From positions 14,492-78,491 of the forward strand of contig JAKEFJ010000028.1 in the NCBI GenBank assembly GCA_022616665.1: a DNA stretch of 64,000 nt, given 5' to 3'. The stretch comes from Acidobacteriota bacterium. Its GTDB lineage: Bacteria; Acidobacteriota; Polarisedimenticolia; Gp22-AA2; AA152. The notes beneath the pieces are model-generated. The model made no database searches. It was not told the DNA's origin and saw nothing but the letters and a program-made list of their open reading frames with translations. Shown here one piece after another: positions 11,284-20,301 of this stretch (within the stretch, counting starts at the first letter, position 1; each line of letters opens with the position of its first letter). The position numbers and the translations under genes were made by a program.

Positions 11284-11951
11284 TGAAGGATTCAGAGAGG
11301 AAGAACATGGAAGATCCCGGAAGCAGGGACCCGGCTTCGTCCATCCGGGTAACGGACCGACGGCATCGCTTCGGAGCAGATGCACCGGAGGCGACTGACA
11401 CGGCCGAGCCGGCTCCCCGCTACCCGAGTCTCGTGGCGGAGCTGAAAGAAAGAGCGCTCTTAGCGGAGTCGAAGCTCGCCGAGGCGCTCAATCTGCTCCG
11501 CCGCCGCGAGGCGGAGGCGGACGACTTTCGGGCCCGGCTGCGACGCGAAATGGAGCGCCGATCGCGGACGGAGATGGAGACCTGGCTGAGGGAACTGTTG
11601 GAGGTACTGGATTCCCTGGATCGGGGAATCAGCGCCGCAAGCCCAAGCGGACCCCCGGTGTTGCGGGATGGCCTTTCGAAGGTGCGCGACCAGTTTCTCG
11701 CGATTCTCTCCCGACATGGTGTTCAGCCCATGGCCCTCATTGGAACGACCTATGATCCTCATTTGGCTGAAGCCGTCGCCCTCTCCCCCACCGTCGCTCC
11801 TGAGGATGACTCGAGGGTCCTGGAGGAGCTCCGTCCGGGCTATATCCTGGGAGGTCAGGTGTTGCGGCCCGCCCAGGTGCGTGTGGCGCGCAGCTCCATC
11901 GGCACCGTCAGCGACCCGGGTTCCGGGAAAGCTCCTGCCACCGGGGCGTGA
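11283..11951 (+). CDS. grpE: Nucleotide exchange factor GrpE
   Basis: Coiled-coil N-region and GrpE C-terminal beta-domain (HLAEAVA...GYILGGQVLRPAQVRVA). The start overlaps the htpX stop (TGATG). Confidence 0.8.
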   Translation: MKDSERKNMEDPGSRDPASSIRVTDRRHRFGADAPEATDTAEPAPRYPSLVAELKERALLAESKLAEALNLLRRREAEADDFRARLRREMERRSRTEMETWLRELLEVLDSLDRGISAASPSGPPVLRDGLSKVRDQFLAILSRHGVQPMALIGTTYDPHLAEAVALSPTVAPEDDSRVLEELRPGYILGGQVLRPAQVRVARSSIGTVSDPGSGKAPATGA

Positions 11952-13185
11952 GCAGTCCCTCTGGAAGAGTTCCCTGGGCTCGCTCGGAGGGACGAATCCC
12001 GAGAATCGCGCAGGCGAGCGGGTAGACGTTCACGGCATCGATCCTGCCAGCGCGGATTCCTCGACGAAAAGCCGGTCCCCAGCCATAGAAGATCCCCCCC
12101 ATTTCATCCTCCGTCCCGCGATAGCCGTGCACCCCTCCCCCAGGAGCCTCCCGCCTATCCTGGTTGGGACCAAGTTCGATTCCCACCGAAGCCACCAGGA
12201 CCAGGTCGCCGGTCCTTCCCCGGAAATCGTAGTGTAGCTCTGGCGGGAGGGCTCCCGACGGGTAGACTTCGAGTCCGGGAAGGCGGGAAAGGACCTTTAT
12301 CGCCTGCGCTCGATCCGAGTGATCCCTGAGATAGACATTGGCGCTTCCTCCGGATGCCAAAGTCCGGCCGGGAACGTGTCGTCGAAACAAGGCTCCCTGA
12401 GAATCCAGCCACCCCCTACGCAAGGCCATGCCGTGGTCGCTCACCAGGATCAGATTGACATTTGCCGCGGCGGGGAGAGATTCGATGCCTGCCAATAAGG
12501 AATTCAGCAGGCTGTCGAGAGTCCGGATGCTGCGCTCGATTCGGGAGGAGTCGGGTCCTGCTTCGTGCCCCACATGATCCGCGCCGGCGAGGTAAGCCAT
12601 CACCAGCCTGGGCCGGCGGGGAGGGGATCTGCGGAGCAGCTCCAGCACCTCCCTGAGCGTCTCCCGGTCTCCTCTCGGGGTGAATTCGAGCGCATGCTCC
12701 GAGGCTTCCACGCCTCCCCACTTCCCGAAAGATCCCATCCAGTTCAGGACCGCGGAGGCAAGGTGGGCCCGCTCGGCATTCACCCAGAGGGGTTCGCACG
12801 CAAGCCACTCGGGATCGTTGTCGCGGTCGTAAATTCCTCGATGGGAATCCACGAATCGGCTGTTGAGGATTCCATGCCGTTCGGGATAGCAGCCCGTCGC
12901 GAGAGTCGCGTGGACAGGAAAGGTGGATGCGGGGAAGGGCGGGTTCAAGCGAACTGCCCGAACCCCTTCTTTTTCCAAGCGCTGAAATGCGCCTCCCCTG
13001 ACCCGATCGGGATAGTCGTAGCGGACTCCATCCAGCGAGAGAATGACGAGTGTCGAACCCGTCGGTTGCCGCGGAGGCGAGCTGCCCAGCAGCAGAAGAG
13101 CGAACAAGATGCCTAAGCGAGGCAAGAGCGGAGGACGAATCGAAGTTCCCGCAGCGACGGGAGGGCTCTCAAAAAAGGTAAGCAA
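11908..13185 (-). CDS. Secreted alkaline-phosphatase-superfamily enzyme (ectonucleotide pyrophosphatase/phosphodiesterase, type I phosphodiesterase family)
   Basis: Signal peptide. Metal-ligand/nucleophile region (LSLDGVRYDY...TFPVHATLATGCYPERHGI) and a VSDHGM motif, typical of the NPP/AtaC-like family. Confidence 0.8.
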   Translation of the reverse strand: MLTFFESPPVAAGTSIRPPLLPRLGILFALLLLGSSPPRQPTGSTLVILSLDGVRYDYPDRVRGGAFQRLEKEGVRAVRLNPPFPASTFPVHATLATGCYPERHGILNSRFVDSHRGIYDRDNDPEWLACEPLWVNAERAHLASAVLNWMGSFGKWGGVEASEHALEFTPRGDRETLREVLELLRRSPPRRPRLVMAYLAGADHVGHEAGPDSSRIERSIRTLDSLLNSLLAGIESLPAAANVNLILVSDHGMALRRGWLDSQGALFRRHVPGRTLASGGSANVYLRDHSDRAQAIKVLSRLPGLEVYPSGALPPELHYDFRGRTGDLVLVASVGIELGPNQDRREAPGGGVHGYRGTEDEMGGIFYGWGPAFRRGIRAGRIDAVNVYPLACAILGIRPSERAQGTLPEGLLTPRWQELSRNPGR

Positions 13186-14215
13186 CCGCGAATCCCACCT
13201 GGGCCGACATCATCATCAGGTACATGTGGGTCCAGGATGGGTGGTTTTCGGTGGTCGCCAGCTCTTCCGGGCGCCGGATGACCAGGTACGAGGTGAAGGC
13301 TCCCCAGAGTGTCAAGATTAGGCCGACGAGGGTGAGCGTCACGGGGTTGCCGGTCAAGAGTCGTTGTCCTGGGTGCAGGGGATCGGGCAGGAAGACACCC
13401 AGCGGCATCAGCAGCCAGGGAAAAATAAAGAATGGAGTGATCACCCAGGCGGCCTTCTTCACACCGTAACGAATGGGAAGCGTAAGGCATCCGTGGGCCC
13501 GGTCGCCCTCCATGTCCGAGAAGTCCTTGGTCGTACTGGCACCCAGCAGGAACAGGAGGAAGATGGTGCCGATGTACCAGGGCTCCAGGTGAAGCACGCT
13601 GGCGACCATCGACCACCCTGCTACTTTGAGCAGGCAACCTCGGGGCACTGCGATGGTGACATTGGCCCAGAAACCGTTGCGCTTCGTCCTGCCGAACTGG
13701 GGTACCGAATAAACCAGGGTCAGCAGCAATCCCCCCAGGTAGATGAAGAAGCATTCATGCTGGCCGAACGGCGCCACGAGCTTTTCGAGGAAGCTGCGGT
13801 GCGGATAAACCACCACCAGCCAGGTGGGGATGATGGCCAGGAGGTAGAGGATGACGGAAAACCACCACGCCTCCGAGAGCCGGAGCGCTCCCGAAACCAG
13901 AGGTCTTCCAGGCTTGTTCTTCCGATCGATTTCCAGATCGTAGACTTGGTTGATTCCGTTGGAGGCTGCATTGAGCAGAGCCGCGCACATCGACCCCAGC
14001 ACCACCGTCGCCACGAGGCTAAGATCGACCCGCCGTTGCGGGTCCGGGTTATGAGCCGAGCCGAATGCAGTCAGGGCGCCTGAGACGACCCCCAGAAGTG
14101 GAGGCAAGAGGGTGAATGGCCGGGTGAAGGCCAGAAACGTTCGCCAGCGGGCGAGATGACTCTCGGATCCCCTCTTCGACGGCGTCGCTTCTCCCAGGGT
14201 ATGCGCGGGCTTCAA
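13169..14215 (-). CDS. UbiA-superfamily prenyltransferase (DGGGPS/ChlG-like Asp-rich motif)
   Basis: Multi-TM protein carrying NQVYDLEIDRKNKPGRPLVSG, the first Asp-rich motif of the UbiA family. The start overlaps the upstream gene's stop by 4 nt (TTGA). Confidence 0.8.
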   Translation of the reverse strand: MKPAHTLGEATPSKRGSESHLARWRTFLAFTRPFTLLPPLLGVVSGALTAFGSAHNPDPQRRVDLSLVATVVLGSMCAALLNAASNGINQVYDLEIDRKNKPGRPLVSGALRLSEAWWFSVILYLLAIIPTWLVVVYPHRSFLEKLVAPFGQHECFFIYLGGLLLTLVYSVPQFGRTKRNGFWANVTIAVPRGCLLKVAGWSMVASVLHLEPWYIGTIFLLFLLGASTTKDFSDMEGDRAHGCLTLPIRYGVKKAAWVITPFFIFPWLLMPLGVFLPDPLHPGQRLLTGNPVTLTLVGLILTLWGAFTSYLVIRRPEELATTENHPSWTHMYLMMMSAQVGFAVAYLF

Positions 14216-15579
14216 GGCAGATCCCCTAACAGACGGAGAAGTCCCATGGCTGCCAGTGCGCCTGCCAGGGTATTGATGAAGTTGATCGTCTCGCTTTCCA
14301 CCAGATCCAGGGGCTCCAGTGTCGCCCCGAGAAAGGACTCAAGAAAGGTCCCGAAAATCGCCGCCGCCGGAATCAGGGCAATGAAACGGGGGGGGATGAC
14401 GTGCAACAGCGCGGCAACCAGACCCACCAGAATCGCCCCCATAACCCCCGCCGCCGTTCCCAGAAGCGACACCGCCCCCGGAGTTCCTGCCGGGACTCGC
14501 CTCAAGCGGGTGACGAGGAACGGCTGCCCCGAGCCTAGCGGACCTATCTCGGAGCCCAGAGTGTCGCAGGTGGCCGTGGCCAGCGAAGCGACGAACGCCA
14601 GCCACAACGCCGCCCTTGCATCGGATGGGGAGGACCCCGCAAGGAACGCAAGGTAGGCCGCCACGGAGCAATTTGCCATCGCATGCACCGCTCCTCTGGC
14701 CCCTCCTCGCTCCTGGGCGATTCCGCGCCTTGCCTTCCCGGCGTACCCCAGCCTGGTGGCAGCGCTTCCCAGCAGAAAGAAAAACGCCAGCACGCCAAAA
14801 CCTGAAAGCCCGCCGAACGTGGTGATGGTCACCCCCACCAAAAGGCCTCCCGCGACCCCCGACCAGGAAACAGCTCCTAGCGCCCGGGCTGTCAAGGCGA
14901 AGGCAAGATTGACGGCGACTCCGATGAGGAAATTGTGCCGGAGCGCTCCCGCCGACTCTCGCCAGACGGCCGGATCGATTCGCTGCAGGGAGTAGAGCAG
15001 GCCCGCGGCCAGAAACGGAACGGAGAGGTTGTCGTTCAGCTTCAGGGACAGGCTTTCTACAATGGCGCAGGCAAGAGCGGTGCAAGAGGAGATCACAAGC
15101 ATCTGCCTGAAGGAGGGCGTGGGGATCTGTGTGGACGCAGCCACCCACCACCAAAATGCCGCCCCGCCCAGCGCTCCTGCTGCGAAAAAAACCGCCGAGC
15201 CCACCCAGGTTTTTCGCGAGTTCCACGGTAGGTGGGGCCCTCCAATCCCCTTGCCTGCCAGCGTGGCGAATCCATCGCCCAAGGCGAGGATTCCCCAGGC
15301 GCCGGCAACAACCTCCAGACGATGCGGAAAGATCAGCAGGAGCATGAGGATCGAGAAGGAGTAAAGCCATACTCCCGACCGGAGCAGCGACTCCTTTTCG
15401 GATTCACGCATCAGCGCGCCGCCGCCCAGCCGTGGAATCCAGGTGGCGTTGGAGACCACCGCGGCCACCGCCAGCAGAACGGCGGCCCACCAGGGGAGAT
15501 ATCGAAGCAGCAGGGCGAATCCGCCCATCAGCACGTGGATCGACTTGCGCCATTCCTCGGAGAAGATCCCCGCCCTCAC
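14212..15579 (-). CDS. Fusion protein: CTP-dependent polyprenol kinase-like domain (CdsA/dolichol-kinase/phytol-kinase VTE5 family) + DUF92/TMEM19 domain (phytyl-phosphate kinase VTE6 family)
   Basis: The N-half carries GDGFATLAGKGIGGPHLPWNSRKTWVGS, the CTP_transf_1 C-terminal signature. The C-half carries ATCDTLGSEIGPLGSGQPFLVTRLRRVPAGTPGAVSLLGT, the DUF92 signature. The start was trimmed to the GTG at 15577-15579, which overlaps the upstream SDR stop (GTGA). The track ORF extends to 15684. Confidence 0.7.
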   Translation of the reverse strand: MRAGIFSEEWRKSIHVLMGGFALLLRYLPWWAAVLLAVAAVVSNATWIPRLGGGALMRESEKESLLRSGVWLYSFSILMLLLIFPHRLEVVAGAWGILALGDGFATLAGKGIGGPHLPWNSRKTWVGSAVFFAAGALGGAAFWWWVAASTQIPTPSFRQMLVISSCTALACAIVESLSLKLNDNLSVPFLAAGLLYSLQRIDPAVWRESAGALRHNFLIGVAVNLAFALTARALGAVSWSGVAGGLLVGVTITTFGGLSGFGVLAFFFLLGSAATRLGYAGKARRGIAQERGGARGAVHAMANCSVAAYLAFLAGSSPSDARAALWLAFVASLATATCDTLGSEIGPLGSGQPFLVTRLRRVPAGTPGAVSLLGTAAGVMGAILVGLVAALLHVIPPRFIALIPAAAIFGTFLESFLGATLEPLDLVESETINFINTLAGALAAMGLLRLLGDLP

Positions 15580-16565
15580 GAAATCCCCTGCTGCAGGGAT
15601 TTCACCGTATCCTCCAGGCCCCGGGCGAACGGCGTGATGGAATAGCCGAGACCTTGCTGCGCCTTCCGGCTGGAATAAGCCCACTCATGACGGTAGATAT
15701 GAACCACTTCGTCGGTAATCTCGGGCTGAATTCCAGTGAGCCCGGCCCGCCAGCGCTGCACCCGACCAACCAGCCCGGCCACCCAGTAGGGGATCTTTCT
15801 CCGGGGAGCCGCTAGGGAAGTGAGCTCTTCCAGCAATGTGAAAAGCTCCTGCATGGTCCGGTTCTCCCCACCCAGAATGAAACGATCCCCATCCTTGGCA
15901 TGCCGCATCGCCTGGAGGTGACCCCGGATCACGTCACCGGCTAGCGCATAGCAGAATCGCCGATCGCCTTCTCCCAACAATCCCGGAAGCTTGCGGGACA
16001 AAAAGTCTGAAATGGTCTTGCCTACGAGGTTGCCGGCGGTCACCGGACCGGGTCCGTACACCACCCCAGGGTAGAGAATGATGAGGGGCGCGCCCCGCCG
16101 CGCCTCCTCTCGGGCCAACCGATCCGCCACAGCCTTGGTCCTCTCGTATTCGTTGTAATAAGTGCGGCCGGAGGGTTCCCAGTCCTCGTCTCCGATCGCT
16201 CCGTCGGTGGGACCCAGGGCGATGAATGAGCTGGTGTAAACGATCCGCGAGACGCCAGTCTCTTCCGCGGCCCGCAGAAGATTTCTCAGGCCGCCCACGT
16301 TGATCGCCTCGAACCGCTGTGGATCCGGATCCCACATCCGGACATGGGCGGCCGCATGAAAGACCCGATCGCAGCCCGTCATTCCCCGACGCAGCGACTC
16401 CATGTCCTGGACATCTCCGCGGACCAGGCGGACAGACGGATGCCGATCTCCTTCGCCCGGGGGATTGCGGGCCAGGATCACCGGCTCTTCCCCGGCCTCG
16501 ATCAGCTTCGCCACCAGGTTCGAGCCCAGATACCCCGTACCGCCCGTGACGAATATCGATCCCAC
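15576..16565 (-). CDS. NAD(P)-dependent extended-SDR epimerase/dehydratase/reductase (HpnA or dihydroflavonol-reductase-like)
   Basis: N-terminal GGTGYLG Rossmann motif and YxxxK catalytic motif (YNEYERTK). Confidence 0.8.
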   Translation of the reverse strand: MGSIFVTGGTGYLGSNLVAKLIEAGEEPVILARNPPGEGDRHPSVRLVRGDVQDMESLRRGMTGCDRVFHAAAHVRMWDPDPQRFEAINVGGLRNLLRAAEETGVSRIVYTSSFIALGPTDGAIGDEDWEPSGRTYYNEYERTKAVADRLAREEARRGAPLIILYPGVVYGPGPVTAGNLVGKTISDFLSRKLPGLLGEGDRRFCYALAGDVIRGHLQAMRHAKDGDRFILGGENRTMQELFTLLEELTSLAAPRRKIPYWVAGLVGRVQRWRAGLTGIQPEITDEVVHIYRHEWAYSSRKAQQGLGYSITPFARGLEDTVKSLQQGIS

Positions 16566-16566
16566 C

Positions 16567-17472
16567 CTACAACTTCTCCTTCAGGCCGTGCATGACCCCT
16601 AGGGCCTGGCGCCAGTCGCGCGGGCGGCGCCCGCTCAAGCGGATGAAGCGCGAGGTATCCAGAGCGGCATTGCGACCCGAGCCCTCCCAGAAGGAAGCAG
16701 GTCCCATGCCGCCGATCAATTCCGGCACCTTCGACGATTCCAGGAGTCGGGCCATCTCATCCACGATTTCCGAGACCAGGCAGGATCCGCCATTGCCCAG
16801 GTGGAGCACACCTTTCCAGTCGGTGCGAAGGATGGTTTGGAGAGCGGAAATGAAATCTTCCACCCAGAGAGGGGTGACCCGGCGGTCGTACCAGGGAAGG
16901 GATTCCCCGGTTCGGAGGGCGCGTTGCATCGACATCAGCGGGTCCCCCGCTTCGAAGTCTCCGCAGAGCATCGACATTCGCAAGATCAGGTGATCGGGAT
17001 TCTCCTCGGCAGCCGCTAGCTCCCCCAGGCGGCGAATCTTGCCATACTGGGTCGTCGCTTCCGGAGCCTCTTCTTCCCGGTAGGGTGCCGACGAGAATCC
17101 GGAGAAGACGTCCACCGTGGAGAGGTGAATCAACCGGGAACCCAGCTCCCGGCAGGCCCGGCTCAGGGACGCCACCCCCACTCGGTTTACTTCCTGGTAC
17201 TCCTCGGGGGCGGACTCGGCTGCGTGAGGCTCGGTCAAGGCGGCGCAGTTGATGGTCACGCTGGGTCGCGGATCAAGCCGCTCCATTTCCATCTCTAGTC
17301 GCGCGGCATCCCTGAGATCAAGCTCCTCCCGGGTCGCTGCCACGACTCGGTCGGGGAACCGACGTTGGAGCGCTGCCTCCAAGCTGCGGCCAACTCGGCC
17401 CCCCGACCCGGTGATCAGAATCATCTTGGGATCTACTTCTGGAGCCACGGCGCCTTTCTGTGAATCAGCCAC
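16567..17472 (-). CDS. SDR-family sugar-nucleotide reductase (RfbD/dTDP-4-dehydrorhamnose reductase-like)
   Basis: ILITGSGGRVG Rossmann motif and RfbD-like architecture. The true start may be the ATG at about 17424 (MILITG...). Confidence 0.7.
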   Translation of the reverse strand: MADSQKGAVAPEVDPKMILITGSGGRVGRSLEAALQRRFPDRVVAATREELDLRDAARLEMEMERLDPRPSVTINCAALTEPHAAESAPEEYQEVNRVGVASLSRACRELGSRLIHLSTVDVFSGFSSAPYREEEAPEATTQYGKIRRLGELAAAEENPDHLILRMSMLCGDFEAGDPLMSMQRALRTGESLPWYDRRVTPLWVEDFISALQTILRTDWKGVLHLGNGGSCLVSEIVDEMARLLESSKVPELIGGMGPASFWEGSGRNAALDTSRFIRLSGRRPRDWRQALGVMHGLKEKL

Positions 17473-20301
17473 TTAAAAGTTGATGGCGGGAACGCCAGGA
17501 ATGGGCGACGATCCGCTGTTGAGATCCAGGACATTACCGATCCCCTTCAGGTTGATCATCAGCCTGAATTCCTGCTGGCTCACACCCACGTAGTTCCGGT
17601 CCAGGTACTCAAAGGTGAACCCGCAACACTGGGTGTTGTAGCCGAGTGTGATTCGGTGGTCCTGGAGCTGCCTCAGCACCAGGTCGTAGTGCCCCTGGAA
17701 CCCCAGCAGCATCCGATGATCGAGCAGGGCGGTCTGGGTGAGGAGCGTGAGCTGCTGGTTCTCCACGCTGAAGGCGTCGACCGGCTTTTGGAAGAACCAG
17801 GAGAAATCCACGAATCCCCAATCCGGATTCCGATAATGGGCGCTCACATTCCCCGAGCGGACGATGTTGCGCAGAATGTCGTAAGTGGCCTTGGCGTCCA
17901 GGCTGGTGAAAAGGGTCGGATTGTACCTCAGGTTCGCGTCCACGCTGGAGAATTGGCTGGTCTCGCATCCGGAACTGGCTTGCGTCGCCCCATCCAGTAC
18001 GACACAGCTGCCCTGTATCGGAACGCCGTTGACCAGAATGGGAATGCTGCGATTGCTCAGCGGTCCCAAAAAGGAATAGGCCTGGCTCAGCGTGAACGAG
18101 GCAATCTCCACGGGGCTCAGCGTTGGTTCCTCCACCTTCGGGTTCGTGGCAGGTGCCGGAAGCTCCTGGCCTTCCGGTACCTGAGGCGTCGCAGGGTGGG
18201 TCAGGGAGAAGGCCCCGGTCTCGGGAACGCCTTGCCGTGGCGACGTTCCGGAGCGTTTGGCGAACAGTCTGGTTGTCAGCGAGTAGGATAAGAGGTTGAC
18301 GTTTCCCGACAGGACGTCCTTCTCGTCGAAACGGATGATTTCTTCGGGATTGTCAACCTTGGACTGGTACAGATAGAAAACCCTGGGCTCGAAGGTGTGC
18401 TTGAATGCTGGGGAGAACTTGTTGTTCGGCGTCAGGAAGATGCGGGAAAACTGGGGACCGATGACCTCCACGGAGCCCTGCAGACTCTTCCGGACGAAGG
18501 CCTGGTCCAGCACTTCCACGCGAGAGTCCAAGACGCCGTTCCCTTCGCCAAGATCTCCAGTTCCCGCCACGCCGTCCAGGCCGACGTCCTCCTCCTGATC
18601 CAGGAGTCCGTTCAAGTTGCGGTCCTCCGAGTCCAGGGCGCCGTTGCCGTTGAGATCCTCTCCTGGATCCAAAACGCCATTCCCATTGGCATCTTCGCGA
18701 TCGAGAGCGTCGTTGGCTTCCCCGAAATCGCCGGTCCCGGGAATCCCATCCAGCCCGGCGTCCTCGTCGTGATCCGACACCGCATTGCCGTTCAAGTCCT
18801 CCGTCAGCAGCGACCCCAGGCTCTTGGAATAGTAGGTGCTCCTCAATCCAACCGTCGGGTTCACGTCGATCCACGACGCGAGCCGCAACGGCGCGGAGAA
18901 GGTCGGGAAGATATCGACGCGCTGATAGGTGGTGGCGAACTGGCTGGTCTCCTTGTGAAAATTGTCGGCGGAGGTCTCGAAGGCGAAATACAGCGGCGAG
19001 CGGCCGAGCCGTTGCTTGCTTCCGCGCCACTCCACGGACGGCTCGATCAGGTTTGTGAAGGGCTCCTCGCAAATCACCAGCGAGGGACTGGAGCCGGAGA
19101 TGGCGACTCCGCAGACCTCTGACGGCGCCGGATAGCCGGGCAGCGGAGCGAATACTCTCTGGCTGACGTCGTAGAGCTGCTCCCGGCTTTCGGCCCGGAG
19201 GTTGAAGCTGTAATTGGACCAGTTCCGGGTGAGGTAGGCGAAGGAGAGGATGAGCGGGTTGGTGGCTGTCCGGTAGTCCCTCTGGAAGTCCAGATTGTAT
19301 TCAAAATCGCTCAGCTCGTTGAGGCTCGCCACCAGCCGGAAATCGTTGGGAAGCTCCTGCCGATGATTCAGGTTGAGGGAATAGCGATCCTCGTCCACCA
19401 CCTGGTCGTGAATGTAGGCCCCGGTGAACTGTCCCCTTCCTCCCGCCGAAGGGACGTAACGGTATTCCAACCCCTCGCCGAGCCCCGCCTTGGAGTAGTA
19501 GTCCAGGAAAAAGGTGGCATCCATGTTTCGGCGGATGGCCCAGTAGAACGCGTTGGTGAAAACGAAGCCGCGAGTCTGGGAGTAGCCGAATTCGGGAAAG
19601 AGCAACCCCGTGGCCCGGTCCTTCTTGATGGGCCACACCAAGTACGGGGAATAAAAGACCGGCAGCTTTTCCGCCCTGAAGGAGACGTGGTGGAGATAGG
19701 CATAATTGTCCAGGTGAATGGTTCCCCGCGCTACCTTGAAGGACCAGTAGGGAACCGGCTGGGTGCAGGTGGTGAACTGGGCATCGAGGATGATGTAGCG
19801 CTCCGCATCGACTTTCTGCACTTCCGCCGCCTCGAAGTAGAAGGAGGGCTCCACATACCCCCGGGCAACAAAGAAGCTGCCGGTCTGCGTCTCCAGGTTG
19901 TATTCGACTCGCTCGGCGGTCAGGCGGGTCGCGCCGCTGTCCAGCAGCACGTTTCCCTCGGCGAAGCAATCCTTGGTCGCAAGCACGTAGCGGATGATGT
20001 CGGCCTGGAGCCGAATGTCCCCATAATGAATGTCCACGTAGCCCTTCAGAACCAGCTCATCCTTGCCGAAGATGGAGCCCGCCCCGGCGGTCAGTTCCAG
20101 GACTTTCTCCCCCTCCCCGCTGGGTTGAGTGTACTTTTTCCTCTCCGGCGGGATTGGAGCGGAACCACCGGCCTCCTGGGCGAACAGGACCGCCGGAAGG
20201 GATCCGAGAAACATCGCCATGACAATGGCCGCCGCGCCGAGGCGAGGCTGAGCTGCGATCCCTGCGCGTGCCGGGGGCACGAATGGGCGGAACGCCCTCA
20301 C
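17473..20301 (-). CDS. lptD: LPS-assembly outer-membrane protein LptD (OstA/Imp) with an inserted acidic Ca-binding repeat region
   Basis: OstA-like N-terminal beta-jellyroll (GNVLLDSGATRLTAERVEYN). LptD C-domain (GLLFPEFGYSQTRGFVFTNAFYW) and a C-terminal barrel. About 100 aa of D/N/G-rich repeats at residues ~501-598. Confidence 0.8.
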   Translation of the reverse strand: MRAFRPFVPPARAGIAAQPRLGAAAIVMAMFLGSLPAVLFAQEAGGSAPIPPERKKYTQPSGEGEKVLELTAGAGSIFGKDELVLKGYVDIHYGDIRLQADIIRYVLATKDCFAEGNVLLDSGATRLTAERVEYNLETQTGSFFVARGYVEPSFYFEAAEVQKVDAERYIILDAQFTTCTQPVPYWSFKVARGTIHLDNYAYLHHVSFRAEKLPVFYSPYLVWPIKKDRATGLLFPEFGYSQTRGFVFTNAFYWAIRRNMDATFFLDYYSKAGLGEGLEYRYVPSAGGRGQFTGAYIHDQVVDEDRYSLNLNHRQELPNDFRLVASLNELSDFEYNLDFQRDYRTATNPLILSFAYLTRNWSNYSFNLRAESREQLYDVSQRVFAPLPGYPAPSEVCGVAISGSSPSLVICEEPFTNLIEPSVEWRGSKQRLGRSPLYFAFETSADNFHKETSQFATTYQRVDIFPTFSAPLRLASWIDVNPTVGLRSTYYSKSLGSLLTEDLNGNAVSDHDEDAGLDGIPGTGDFGEANDALDREDANGNGVLDPGEDLNGNGALDSEDRNLNGLLDQEEDVGLDGVAGTGDLGEGNGVLDSRVEVLDQAFVRKSLQGSVEVIGPQFSRIFLTPNNKFSPAFKHTFEPRVFYLYQSKVDNPEEIIRFDEKDVLSGNVNLLSYSLTTRLFAKRSGTSPRQGVPETGAFSLTHPATPQVPEGQELPAPATNPKVEEPTLSPVEIASFTLSQAYSFLGPLSNRSIPILVNGVPIQGSCVVLDGATQASSGCETSQFSSVDANLRYNPTLFTSLDAKATYDILRNIVRSGNVSAHYRNPDWGFVDFSWFFQKPVDAFSVENQQLTLLTQTALLDHRMLLGFQGHYDLVLRQLQDHRITLGYNTQCCGFTFEYLDRNYVGVSQQEFRLMINLKGIGNVLDLNSGSSPIPGVPAINF
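18508..18801 (-). repeat. In-frame tandem array of Dx[DN]xDGxxD-type calcium-binding motifs (thrombospondin-type-3/EF-hand-like) inside lptD
   Basis: Protein segment DLNGNAVSDHDEDAGLDGIPGTGDFGEANDALDREDANGNGVLDPGEDLNGNGALDSEDRNLNGLLDQEEDVGLDGVAGTGDLGEGNGVLD. The nucleotide sequence shows imperfect ~36-39-nt periodicity. Confidence 0.65.

Noticed and set aside
10441-11385. 314-aa minus ORF antisense to htpX
   Set aside because: The HtpX plus-strand frame has HEXXH and TM topology. The antisense product is Arg/Gly-rich nonsense.
13364-15370. Several 140-340-aa ORFs (13364-14083 +, 14156-14656 +, 14339-15370 -, 13113-13754 -) overlapping the UbiA and kinase-fusion genes
   Set aside because: The alternative frames lack motifs. 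The called frames carry the UbiA Asp-rich motif and the CTP_transf_1/DUF92 signatures.
18508-18801. Tandem repeat that could be taken for a CRISPR/VNTR-like non-coding array
   Set aside because: It is in-frame coding sequence within lptD (acidic Ca-binding motif repeats) with no spacer/repeat regularity of CRISPR type.
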